Shown in pieces: positions 1 through 11,115 of a stretch of DNA of 64,000 nucleotides (position 1 is the first letter of the stretch; each line of letters opens with the position of its first letter). The position numbers and the translations under genes were made by a program. This DNA is from Octopus bimaculoides (Eukaryota): the NCBI RefSeq assembly GCF_001194135.2, contig NC_068987.1, forward strand, positions 79,632,066 to 79,696,065. The letters run 5' to 3'. The notes under the pieces were generated by a model. The model did no database searches. It worked only from the letters and a program-made list of their open reading frames with translations, and had not been told where the DNA came from.

Positions 1-224
1 TGTCAGTGTGTTCGTGTGTGTGTGCGCCCGTGTATCTGTATGCGCGTGTTCGGGAGCAAAATGAAGAACGTCCTGGTAAATATGACATAGACGCAAAGAC
101 ATATAACATCTAAATCATCTTATATACAGTATATCGTATTACACAAATGATTTATTACTTGTACGTATCTTGGAGACCTTGGCAATTACGTATACTTGCA
201 CATATTCAAGCTGATATATAAATA

Positions 225-578
225 TACATGGTGGCAAAGATCCCTGCATCGCCATCAAACCACAGGACAAAATACTACAACATTTTGGGTTTCAAGGGTC
301 CAGAGCTCTTGAATATGCTTCCAAAATGCATGAGAGGCCTGCATGGTGTGGATGTAAGTGTCTTTAAAACAAAACTGAATCTCTGCCTATCAAGAGTTCC
401 AGACGAGCCTACGTCACGACAGGAAACACAGATGAGGGCAGCAGGATTAAACTACCTCATTGACCAAATGCTACGTATCACAGGTGGTTTTAAACAATGG
501 TATAGCACAGGCAACTGTGGTGCTCCAGCATGGCTGGAGCTTTGAAGTTGAAACATTTTAAAGAAATGAAAGACATTA
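225..578 (+). mobile_element. 3' end of a decayed L2/CR1-group LINE ORF2 plus short 3' tail
   Basis: ORF 228-545 reads GFKGPELLNMLPK...DVSVFKTKLNLCLSRVPDEP...AAGLNYLIDQM. This matches my recollection of the 'GP.LFN.LP...VFK.KLD..L..VPDEP...AA.SNSL..Q' C-terminus of invertebrate L2/CR1-group LINEs. It ends in an A-rich tail before (TA)n/(TG)n. Clade assignment is from memory. Confidence 0.7.
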
Positions 579-579
579 C

Positions 580-641
<62 letters not shown>

Positions 642-1299
642 NNNNNNNNNNNNNNNNNNNNNNNNNNNNNNNNNNNNNNNNNNNNNNNNNNNNNNNNNNN
701 NNNNNNNNNNNNNNNNNNNNNNNNNNNNNNNNNNNNNNNNNNNNNNNNNNNNNNNNNNNNNNNNNNNNNNNNNNNNNNNNNNNNNNNNNNNNNNNNNNNN
801 NNNNNNNNNNNNNNNNNNNNNNNNNNNNNNNNNNNNNNNNNNNNNNNNNNNNNNNNNNNNNNNNNNNNNNNNNNNNNNNNNNNNNNNNNNNNNNNNNNNN
901 NNNNNNNNNNNNNNNNNNNNNNNNNNNNNNNNNNNNNNNNNNNNNNNNNNNNNNNNNNNNNNNNNNNNNNNNNNNNNNNNNNNNNNNNNNNNNNNNNNNN
1001 NNNNNNNNNNNNNNNNNNNNNNNNNNNNNNNNNNNNNNNNNNNNNNNNNNNNNNNNNNNNNNNNNNNNNNNNNNNNNNNNNNNNNNNNNNNNNNNNNNNN
1101 NNNNNNNNNNNNNNNNNNNNNNNNNNNNNNNNNNNNNNNNNNNNNNNNNNNNNNNNNNNNNNNNNNNNNNNNNNNNNNNNNNNNNNNNNNNNNNNNNNNN
1201 NNNNNNNNNNNNNNNNNNNNNNNNNNNNNNNNNNNNNNNNNNNNNNNACACACACACACACACACATACACACGCGCACACACACAGATATATATATTT

Positions 1300-1466
1300 A
1301 TATATGAAGGGCTCCTTTTAGTTTCTGTATACAAAAGCCGCTCACAAGACATTGGTTGACTCAAGGCTATAGTAGAAACACTCGACGAAGGTGCCACGCA
1401 GTGTGACCGAACCGGGAACCATGTGGTTGGGAAGCAAGCTTCTTACCATACAGCCGCGCCTGCGCC
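1300..1466 (-). mobile_element. SINE family A (tRNA head + CORE-like box), 5' half
   Basis: Reverse complement GGCGCAGGCGCGGCTGTATGGTAAGAAGCTTGCTTCCCAACCACATGGTTCCCGGTTC...GGCACCTTCG... is homologous to the copies at 22026, 37299, 40368 and 48346, and runs into a microsatellite/gap. Confidence 0.85.
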
Positions 1467-1528
1467 ATGTACATATATTTGCATATAATTAATTACCTTT
1501 CTTTCTCTTTCCTTACATATCTCTCTTC

Positions 1529-1577
<49 letters not shown>

Positions 1578-2079
1578 TCACTCTCTCCTTGTCACTCTCA
1601 GTCACGTGTATCGACATGCTGGCATTTCATTTGAAAATATGTTTTTTCATCTGATATAATTAATATAATGTGATTCCATGTCGTGGTCGTTTATTCGTTA
1701 ACTTCAAATGCTCCAAGTTTATTGTTCAAAATATAAAGTGATTGATTGCTTTTCCGATATTTAAAATTTAATTAATTGAAGCCAATACAATCAAGGTCGA
1801 TGTATGTGACTCCGTATGTGTGAACATACATACATAGATACACACACACGCGCGCACATATATATATGTATATGTATATACATATTAATGTTTGTTTTTA
1901 TTTTCAGTTATAATCACAATTTTCCATTAATTTGATGGGTTACTTTATACTTTTGTAGAGTAGAAATTTACCATTCTTATGCAAGAAATTTGATAGCAGT
2001 GACTTCGAAGTTTTGTGCAGCTAACCAATCATCACAGTCCGTTGACGGCTTAGCTGTCAACGACATTCTTGGAAAAATA

Positions 2080-2110
<31 letters not shown>

Positions 2111-3617
2111 GATATATATATATANNNNNNNNNNNNNNNNNNNNNNNNNNNNNNNNNNNNNNNNNNNNNNNNNNNNNNNNNNNNNNNNNNNNNNNNNNNN
2201 NNNNNNNNNNNNNNNNNNNNNNNNNNNNNNNNNNNNNNNNNNNNNNNNNNNNNNNNNNNNNNNNNNNNNNNNNNNNNNNNNNNNNNNNNNNNNNNNNNNN
2301 NNNNNNNNNNNNNNNNNNNNNNNNNNNNNNNNNNNNNNNNNNNNNNNNNNNNNNNNNNNNNNNNNNNNNNNNNNNNNNNNNNNNNNNNNNNNNNNNNNNN
2401 NNNNNNNNNNNNNNNNNNNNNNNNNNNNNNNNNNNNNNNNNNNNNNNNNNNNNNNNNNNNNNNNNNNNNNNNNNNNNNNNNNNNNNNNNNNNNNNNNNNN
2501 NNNNNNNNNNNNNNNNNNNNNNNNNNNNNNNNNNNNNNNNNNNNNNNNNNNNNNNNNNNNNNNNNNNNNNNNNNNNNNNNNNNNNNNNNNNNNNNNNNNN
2601 NNNNNNNNNNNNNNNNNNNNNNNNNNNNNNNNNNNNNNNNNNNNNNNNNNNNNNNNNNNNNNNNNNNNNNNNNNNNNNNNNNNNNNNNNNNNNNNNNNNN
2701 NNNNNNNNNNNNNNNNNNNNNNNNNNNNNNNNNNNNNNNNNNNNNNNNNNNNNNNNNNNNNNNNNNNNNNNNNNNNNNNNNNNNNNNNCAAATTCCTAGT
2801 TTTCCCATTATACCAACGCTCAGACAACACCACTGACCAAACACGAATAAATAGGGAAAATAATCTTATTCAAAAATACAGACCACAGCTCAACATACTC
2901 TAACATAAGCCCCCTCCCCAGGTGCACGCCCAAAACAAAGACACACAGATACGCAAAATCACACACACACCAATACAATGCAAACCTCCGACACGAACAC
3001 ACTTACACACATATATACACACACACACAATCAAAATATCTCCACACTAGAGCACAAACCCGCATACATTTCAAGAAAAAACACATGCATATATACACTT
3101 ACAATACAATTGTAGCAACCACAACCAACACCCATACACACATATGTAAACAGGTACATGCACACACCTACACACCACTCCGGCAACCACAAATCATATT
3201 CACACACGCATATTTGCATACATATGTACACACACATACAAACACCATACGCCTGTTCCCCAGTAAAAATGTCACACANNNNNNNNNNNNNNNNNNNNNN
3301 NNNNNNNNNNNNNNNNNNNNNNNNNNNNNNNNNNNNNNNNNNNNNNNNNNNNNNNNNNNNNNNNNNNNNNNNNNNNNNNNNNNNNNNNNNNNNNNNNNNN
3401 NNNNNNNNNNNNNNNNNNNNNNNNNNNNNNNNNNNNNNNNNNNNNNNNNNNNNNNNNNNNNNNNNNNNNNNNNNNNNNNNNNNNNNNNNNNNNNNNGCAA
3501 TTGTTTTCGTTCCAGCACACGATCTCAGATCAGGTCACTTGCTATGCAAGTACATCTCCGTAGGATGTCGGTATGCACATACCTGTACGTATATATGCAT
3601 ATACTCATTTACTATTT

Positions 3618-3656
<39 letters not shown>

Positions 3657-4261
3657 TATATATGTATATATATGTACATATCTGCATACATACGTGCACA
3701 CACACAAATACACAGACACACACAAACACACAAATGTACACACATCCATGCACCCGTACACACAAAGTATTAATAAGGTACAGAAAATATATTTGATATT
3801 TTACGCTTTATAAATCTATGCGTGTTTCGTTAAATTCACTGGCAGTATTACATAATTGCATTTTGAAAAGTATATAATCTAAATAAAATACTTCAGCGTT
3901 ATGCAAAATATACAAAGAATCTTTAATTGCACAGTATATATCCACGTAATATCCACGTAAGTAGTGTAGCGGGACCCGAGGTTCAGTGCAATAGGAGAAA
4001 TCACACAGGGAACAGATGATCGAGGCTCATTTATTGGCTTGATAGACACACTAACTTGTATATACACACACCCACTCTCATATGTATGCAGCACAGAAGA
4101 AAGAAGGAACGAGACAACTACAATCTTGTAAATAAGACAACTCAGGCATCAACAACTTGAACAATGACCACAATTTCTGCAATACCAAAGCCAGGCCTAC
4201 CGATAATGATAATAATGACAATGATAATACTAATAAGAACCATAATAATCGTTTCATGCTT

Positions 4262-4420
4262 TAGCACACGGCCAGCAATTTCGGGAAGGAGTTAAATCGA
4301 CCCCAGTGTTCAACTGGTACTTATTTTATCGACCCTGAAAGGATAAATGGCAAGGTCGGCTTCGGCTAAATTTGAAATCCGAACGTAAAGACGAACGAAA
4401 TGCCGTTAAGCATTTTATCT
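4262..4420 (-). mobile_element. SINE family C (tRNA-derived; ...CATCCTTTCGGGGTCGATAAA...CTGGGGTCGAT body), partial
   Basis: ATCGACCCCAGTG...TTTATCGACCCTGAAAGGATAAATGGCAAGGTCG is homologous to the 9088-9321 and 37815-38040 copies. Confidence 0.8.
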
Positions 4421-5106
4421 AGAACCTCATAATAATACCTATTAATGATATCTACGGTAAGAATGGCAGCGAGAATATGAGCAGCCCCTGCCATAAATTA
4501 GGTTCAAGGGAGCAAGTGGTCAGTTTATTGTCAAGTTTATGAAGACCGCTTCAAACAATTCGCTTGGGCGTCTTGATAAAAATATATTGGTGATCGATAG
4601 TCAATGATCTTCGAGACGTTGTACACCAACCACCACTCTCCGTACCACACACATGCATTAACATCCCATGTGAGATACCCCACGCGTTCAGGCAATCTAC
4701 GTGTCCATACACATATCTACATACCCATACACACACATACATACACACACAGATACACACGCACAGACACACATATACATACACGCGCAAAGACAGAGGT
4801 ACATACACATCTACACACGCACATACAGAGATTCACACGTAAATGCGTATATGTTCAGTGAGGCATCTAGGCGATCATATTACAGCATCACACATGAACA
4901 AATACCTCACCATCGTACCAGAGTGTAACTCCTTTCTAATCTTACATCATTCCTCACCCTGCGCTCACCTACCTCTTGTCGAAGGCAAGCGTTTAAGTTC
5001 GTAGATATTCATTAAAACTTGGCAGATTATCTAAATATATAATGTACATCAATTTGATACTGTAAGTCAATATGGTTTCTCACTCTGCAGTAGTACTGGA
5101 CGCGTG

Positions 5107-5400
5107 GAAGAGCGTAGCTTAGTGGTTACGGTATTCGGCTCATTATCCTTAGGCTGTAAGTATGATTTCCAGCAGTCCATTGTGTCCTTGGGCTAAACGC
5201 TTTATTTCACGTTGATCCAGCTCATTCATGAGTAATATTTGTAATTCAAAGCGTCAACCATGACACATTCTGTGTCATGCTGAAACCCCCTGAGAACTGC
5301 GTGGAAGGTATGCTTGTCTGTGGAATGCTCAACCACTTGCTCGTTAATAATCACGCCCGACTGTTCCTTCAATCGGATCAACTGGGACCCTCGTCGTCGT
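5107..5400 (+). mobile_element. Chimeric SINE: family-B tRNA head joined to family-D 3' module
   Basis: Head GCGTAGCTTAGTGGTTA...TGTGTCCTTGGGCTAAACGCTTTATTTCACGTTG matches 36605. Tail CTGTGGAATGCTCAACCACTTGCTCGTTAAT...CGGATCAACTGGGACCCTCGTCGTCGT matches the reverse complement of 32070-32230. Confidence 0.8.
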
Positions 5401-5401
5401 G

Positions 5402-5700
5402 AGCATTTGCTGTAGTGGTTAAGAGCGCGAGCTACTAACTCCAAGATTTCGAGTTCGATTCCAAGCAGTGACCTGAACAATAATAATAATAATAATAATA
5501 ATGATGATGATGATGATGATAATAATAATAATAATGATGATGATGATGATAATAATAATAATAATAATGATGATGATGATAACATCGAAAAAAACCTTAA
5601 GAATGAGAACCCAGGTTCGAAATTTCCCCAAGACACCTGAAGAAGGCTGGAGGATGTATCAGTCGAATGTAAATAATGTAAATAATATAAATAAGAATAT
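5402..5700 (+). mobile_element. tRNA-headed SINE-like element with (AAT)n/(GAT)n linker and a partial hammerhead-like tail
   Basis: A-box-like GCTGTAGTGGTT; anticodon-like loop CTACTAA; B-box GTTCGATTCC at 5453-5462; trinucleotide linker 5478-5582. Then CTGAAGA (5637-5643)-A-GGCTG/CAGTC stem (5645-5664)-GAA, followed by (ATGTAAATA)-like repeats. Confidence 0.65.
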
Positions 5701-6796
5701 ATTTATCCATAACCATACTTTTCCACCCAATGTAGAGTACTGTCCCTTTCACACAATTTTTGTCGATGCTAAAGCCTTACTACAAAAGAAATAATGATGA
5801 ATTCACCATCCCAAAGCAGAGAGTCAAGATGTTTGACAGAGCGACAGAGTCACATTTAAAGAGCCACAAATCCACATCATCATCACAAGTCTTTGGTAAA
5901 AGATGAAAGGAAAAGAAAGAGGGCGTTAATACTCAGCAAAATATCTTAGAATGTTCCAACTGTCTATATTTTCAGAATATTCCAGTGTCATTCAGATCAT
6001 ATTTAGTTAGGCTGCTTTTTAGATTAATAAAAAAGAACAGTGAAAAGTGACCACAATTTCAAAAGGTTACGTACAGATACCATAAATTGATTACATGTAC
6101 AGTCGACCAAATTCAGTCTACCGACACAGAAGAATCAATGTCTTGGTAACATGTACAATACTTTCGCTAATTACTAAGCTGCCTATCATACTCCGATATC
6201 GAGACGCACTAGGTCACCTTATTCGTAAGCCAGCAAAACATCCAGGATGTAATAGCTGAAGGAACAGAGGTTTCTACTAGCACACTGGCTAGTGTTCATT
6301 ACAGCTAAGTAGCCTTGAGTAACGTGAAATGAAGTGTCTGGAATCTAAATGCTTCAATTCTGGTACGTAATGCTTGCAGTGATCGGATGAGCGAATTCTT
6401 TTAGGCTGTGGTTGACAATGTTCTTTCATATTTAAACATCGTAACAATAAAACTGCTTACGGAATATCTATACAAATCTAATTATCCATCTATACGTTTC
6501 TCAGGAGATGTACGTATATAAGGTCTAGAAAAAGCAATTTTCGATATTCATACAATTAACACACTAAAGATTATTTATCAAATTTGTGCAGTGCATTCGG
6601 GATAAAACCAGATAGGGGGAAAAACCTAACAAATAAATATACGCATATTAACGCACGTATATATATATATATATATATATATAGATAGATGTATACATAT
6701 ATATTCAGTTACATTTACGCACATTTGTGTTAATGCCGAAGATGTTGATATTGACGCTGATGTTGGTAGGGAAATTAGAGCTTTTGTTAACACTAT

Positions 6797-6870
<74 letters not shown>

Positions 6871-7817
6871 GATATATATATTTATATACACACAGAAACA
6901 AATATGTAGAAATATACATTATATATGTGCATATATTTGTGTGTATGCGATCGTGTGTGTGTATGCGTCCATTTCAATGTGTGCATATATTTGTATGTAT
7001 GCAAGTGTGTGTGTGTGTGTTACAGAGAGAGCGAGAGAGTCCATTTCCACGTGCGTATGCGTGTGTATTCCCCATTCTGCGAAAATAATAGACTCTTTAA
7101 ACGTAATTAAATAAATACTGTTTTGGCTTCTACATTAATTATTTCCAGCTCACCCTTCATACACAATTATAGAGAGCTCCTGACAACTGCCGCCATTTTG
7201 TTTTCAGCCATGTTGTGTTTGTCTCCTACTTATGCATTCCGCTGCAATTAAATAATCATTTCAAGCTTTCCCTTTTATTAATTTTGATGCATCTTTCCCT
7301 CCGTTATATCGTCATATACTAACAGATCCTATTACACTTTTCCCTCCACTAACAAACTTAATCCTATTAGATGAGCTAAGTGTTTGCAGACCCGTTTCTG
7401 CCCAAGAATTACTTTTCTTTTCACATAATTGTATTATTCCGCCCTATTTACTTTTTTTTATAATCGTTTATGTTATTTTACTTTGAATATTTTTTATCAT
7501 CCTATAGACTTATATGTATTCGCATCAACATTAAATATATTCAAAGTTAGATACCAGATCTATGGAGCTACCCTCATTTTTACACCACGGATTGCTAACA
7601 TGCAATTTTGCTCACTCTGTTAACCTTAATTCACATCAGAAGAGAAAGTAAAGGCTAACTTAGTATTTTATATCTCTCTACTGCAAATACTGAATACTAA
7701 ATGCATTTAATTTTCTTTATGATATAGAATTGCTGTCGCCGTCATATATATTGGTACCAAGCTTAAGCAGCTTTTTACTAACATGATTTCGATATATATA
7801 TATATATATATATATAT

Positions 7818-7864
7818 AATAAGCAACACGGATTTCAAAGGTTTTCAAATCCGTGTTGCTTATT
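7818..7864. repeat. Perfect 18-bp inverted repeat (hairpin) with 11-nt loop, abutting (TA)n
   Basis: AATAAGCAACACGGATTT (7818-7835) is the exact reverse complement of AAATCCGTGTTGCTTATT (7847-7864). Confidence 0.95.
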
Positions 7865-8081
7865 TTTTTGATTTTAATCACCTATCCTTTTGGGATGCGA
7901 TATTCGGGTGCCTACGCATAAGTACCATATTCAACCTTGAATCTATATCTAAACCGTATATATATATATATATTAATCAAAGAAATTCCAACTTTGATTT
8001 TCACGCTTTATTTACAATCTTATAATACGATAATATAATATAATATAATGAAATGATAGAATATTAAATGTCTATTCTGAT

Positions 8082-8126
8082 TGAACTAGTACTTTCATGC
8101 ATTAAACTATGCAATCTTCAGGTTCA
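8082..8126 (-). ncRNA. Minimal type-I hammerhead ribozyme motif
   Basis: Minus strand reads TGAAC-CTGAAGA-TTGCATAGTTTAATGCAT-GAAA-GTAC-TA-GTTCA. Stem I is TGAAC/GTTCA (5 bp). Stem II is TGCAT/ATGCA (5 bp, with a U.U closing mismatch). Stem III is the palindrome AGTACT. The predicted CUA cleavage triplet ends at 8087. Confidence 0.8.
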
Positions 8127-8494
8127 TATAGTATTCTAAATTGTAAAACATAACTGTCACNNNNNNNNNNNNNNNNNNNNNNNNNNNNNNNNNNNNNNNN
8201 NNNNNNNNNNNNNNNNNNNNNNNNNNNNNNNNNNNNNNNNNNNNNNNNNNNNNNNNNNNNNNNNNNNNNNNNNNNNNNNNNNNNNNNNNNNNNNNNNNNN
8301 NNNNNNNNNNNNNNNNNNNNNNNNNNNNNNNNNNNNNNNNNNNNNNNNNNNNNNNNNNNNNNNNNNNNNNNNNNNNNNNNNNNNNNNNNNNNNNNNNNNN
8401 NNNNNNNNNNNNNNNNNNNNNNNNNNNNNNNNNNNNNNNNNNNNNNNNNNNNNNNNNNNNNNNNNNNNNNNNNNNNNNNNNNNNNNNNNNNNNN

Positions 8495-8554
<60 letters not shown>

Positions 8555-8884
8555 ACTCTTCCTCCTTGACTCTCTCGTCACTGACACGTGACAAAAGGGA
8601 ATCTCACTTTCTGTCCACTGCCTTCCTAAAGAAAAGGCGAGTTTTTTCCGTCTCTTCTCTCATGGCACGTCTACCTAGCGTTCATAATAACAGCCCTCAC
8701 TGTTTGTTTTTACTGTCTTGTTCTCACTGTCCTGTTCTTGTTAACACTTTCACCCTCCACAAAAAATTCCAGATTTTATTTAATTTGCTTTGCGAGAAAG
8801 AGCATCATAGCCATGTCATGAGAGGAATTCTTTGGGGTTTGGATAATTCACATTTGGAAACATGGATGTTTTGTCCAACACTCT

Positions 8885-9082
8885 TCAGCAACCCTTATTC
8901 AAGGACCTTTTGAGCAGGATAGGCTACTCGACTTGAAGAAAATTCTGCAAGGTCATGCGCTGTTTACCTTGATGTGAGATCACTATGCCGCGAACATATG
9001 GTTGTGATGCATGTGCCCCTCGTGTATTTTATTAGACGGGTAGTCAAAATGGGTATACTTAGCATCCTATATTTTACCCTAG
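8885..9082. repeat. Interspersed repeat fragment, copy 1 of a local direct pair
   Basis: CTGCAAGGTCATGCGCTGTTT...CATATGGTTGTGATGCAT...GGGTAGTCA...TATATTTTACCC recurs at about 9366-9500. Confidence 0.75.
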
Positions 9083-9087
9083 TATTA

Positions 9088-9321
9088 CTTCTTATTTCTT
9101 TATTGCCCACGAGGGCCTAAACATAGAGGGGACAAACAAGGACAGACAAACGGATTAAGTCGATTACATCGACCCCAGTGCGTAACTGAAACTTAATGTA
9201 TCGACCCCGAAAGGATGAAAGGCAAAGTCAACCTCAGCGGAACTGGAACTCAGAACGTAACGGCAGACGAAACACCGCTAAGCATTTCGCCCGGCGTGCT
9301 AACGCTTCTGCCAGCTCACCC
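9088..9321 (-). mobile_element. SINE family C, near full length
   Basis: Reverse complement begins GGTGAGCTGGCAGAAGCGTTAGCACGCCGGGCGAAATGCTTAGCGG...GTTCTGAGTTCC and contains CATCCTTTCGGGGTCGATAC...CACTGGGGTCGATGTAATCGAC. Confidence 0.9.
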
Positions 9322-9339
9322 TAGTGTTACTTCGATGGG

Positions 9340-9520
9340 CTGAATAAAATTTTAACCGGCCTCCACCTGCAAGGTCATGCGCTGTTTATCTTGATGTGAG
9401 GTCACCATGTCGCGCACATATGGTTGTGATGCATCTGCCTGGTGTACCCTTATCAGATGGGTAGTCATGATGGGTATTCTGTGCTTCCTATATTTTACCC
9501 GTGTCATTTCGGTGGCATGC
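9340..9520. repeat. Interspersed repeat fragment, copy 2 of the local direct pair
   Basis: Homologous to 8947-9082, with substitutions. Confidence 0.75.
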
Positions 9521-10099
9521 ACTACTTTGTCACTCAATAATAATAATAATAATTATTTTTGTTATTGTTGTTGTTATTATTATTATGAATATTATTATTG
9601 TTATTGTCCTTGTTGTTATTTTAGTGAGCGTACACGTTTAACTTCTCTATGAAGAGCAGATGCTGTGAGATCAAATCATATGTTTTTGTCTCTTCGGTCA
9701 AGAAACAATCCTTGTGACTATTTCAGCATTTCTGTTACAACATCATCGGAGATCAATTGGTTATTTCTCTCACCACAGATGCAATGGTATGTAATAGATT
9801 ATATCAATTGATGGCATACAGAGATTCGAACAGAACTAGTTCTTTTATTAGTTAATTATTTTACATTGCCAACGATTTCATTCTAATGCAATTTAGAACA
9901 AACCAATTTACGTCTGTCCAAAGATTGCGCATATTATAAATAGATATAAACTATTTTGTCTATTATGAGGAAAATGAGTAAGAAAAAGCTGATGAAATAA
10001 AAAAAAAACATTGACACTGGTTTGGTCTGTTGTTTTCTTATTGCTACAAAGAGAGAAAAATGTGTGTTTTAACCAGAGTTACTGCATTTCACAGTGAGT

Positions 10100-10503
10100 G
10101 GGGTTCCTTGGCCCGGCAGTTCTACCGCGGGCGCTACCGGTTCGAAATAAACTCTACTTGTCCGAAATGCGCACACAATGATGAAACCGTTCTGCATGCC
10201 CACGTTCAGTGTTCGGGCAGTACTGACTTGTGCGGTTATGCCGAATAGCTGCTGTCACGTGTGAGACGGATCCGTCTGTCGGTCGCGTCTGTAGTGATGA
10301 TCGCACCGTCGCCCTCCTTCAATCGGCAGGCAAGGCAGTTTTTATTTGCCTGGTGGTTGTGGCGAAATAGGCTGTTTGATGGACAAGGCTGAAAAGCATG
10401 AGGACAGATACATTCCTCTTTGGTAGAATTCTCATTGACTTCTTCAAGATTCACTTGAAAAGGAAATTGAGAGTGGAGGGGGTGATGTCTTCGAGTGAAT
10501 TTG
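10100..10503 (+). mobile_element. L1/Tx1-clade LINE ORF2 C-terminal remnant (zf-RVT-like)
   Basis: Frameshifted translation gives SLARQFYRG/ALPVRNKLY..CPKCAHNDETVLHAHVQC..DLCGYAE*LLSRVRRIRLS..DTFLFGRILIDFFKIHLKRKLRVE. This has the C-x2-C...ET..H...C zinc finger typical of L1/Tx1 C-termini. Confidence 0.75.
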
Positions 10504-11115
10504 AAATACACTACAAAATCAACACTCCTGCTTACTGGTATGAACATCTTCCTGAGCCAGTCGCTGAAGGTAAAAATATTAGTATCCTCTCGGATTATCC
10601 AGTCAACACCGACAGAACAATCAAGGATAATCGACCACAGACATTAAAGACAGGGAAGAAAATACTTGTAATAGATCTAATAGACGTAAGTGTTCCCACT
10701 GATAAAAATATATCTGTAAAAGAATTTTACAAATTAAGTAAATACAATGACCTAGAAATTGAAATACCAAAATGTGGCATCTTAAGGCGAGAGCTGTTTC
10801 TGTCACTGTGGATGCCCTAGGCATGTTAAGAAAGGGATGTCAAAAACAATTAGAAAATATCTCAGGAGAACCATGTCTCAGAGAAATCCAAAAGATTTTG
10901 CTAATGAGCACTGCCCACATCCTTAGAAAAATCCTATCAATTTAAATGTCTGTGTTGTATTACATGAAGATATTTTGCTACAGCCCTTGCAACTTCCCTT
11001 CCCCAAGCTTTCAGTCATATTGTAACATTTCTTATCCTTCACTCGCCGTAGGACGTTGGGTGTGTCTCGTCAAGTGATTGTAACAAACATGTAGATTAAA
11101 TGTAAGTAATAACAA
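10504..11115 (+). mobile_element. R4/Dong-type RLE non-LTR retrotransposon 3' end (restriction-like endonuclease + 3' UTR)
   Basis: Translation HYKINTPAYWYEHLPEPVAEGKNISILSDYPVNTDRTIKDNRP..LIDVSVPTDKNISVKEFYKLSKYNDLEIEI, then after a frameshift ALGMLRKGCQKQLENISGEPCLREIQKILLMSTAHILRKILSI* (stop 10943-10945). The PD..D-x-K-Y-type RLE signature is recognisable; the 3' UTR ends in TAATAACAAC. Confidence 0.85.

Noticed and set aside
3815-3850. Minus-strand CTGCCAGT..ACGAAACACGCA (hammerhead-like)
   Set aside because: The core is too degenerate and stems I/III are unsupported.
5402-5475. tRNA-like sequences at SINE heads (also 32360-32429, 36605-36680, 40368-40440)
   Set aside because: They lack a proper acceptor stem and continue into SINE bodies; SINE heads, not tRNA genes.
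7188-7200. GCCGCCATTTTG YY1-like motif
   Set aside because: A single short motif with no supporting promoter context.
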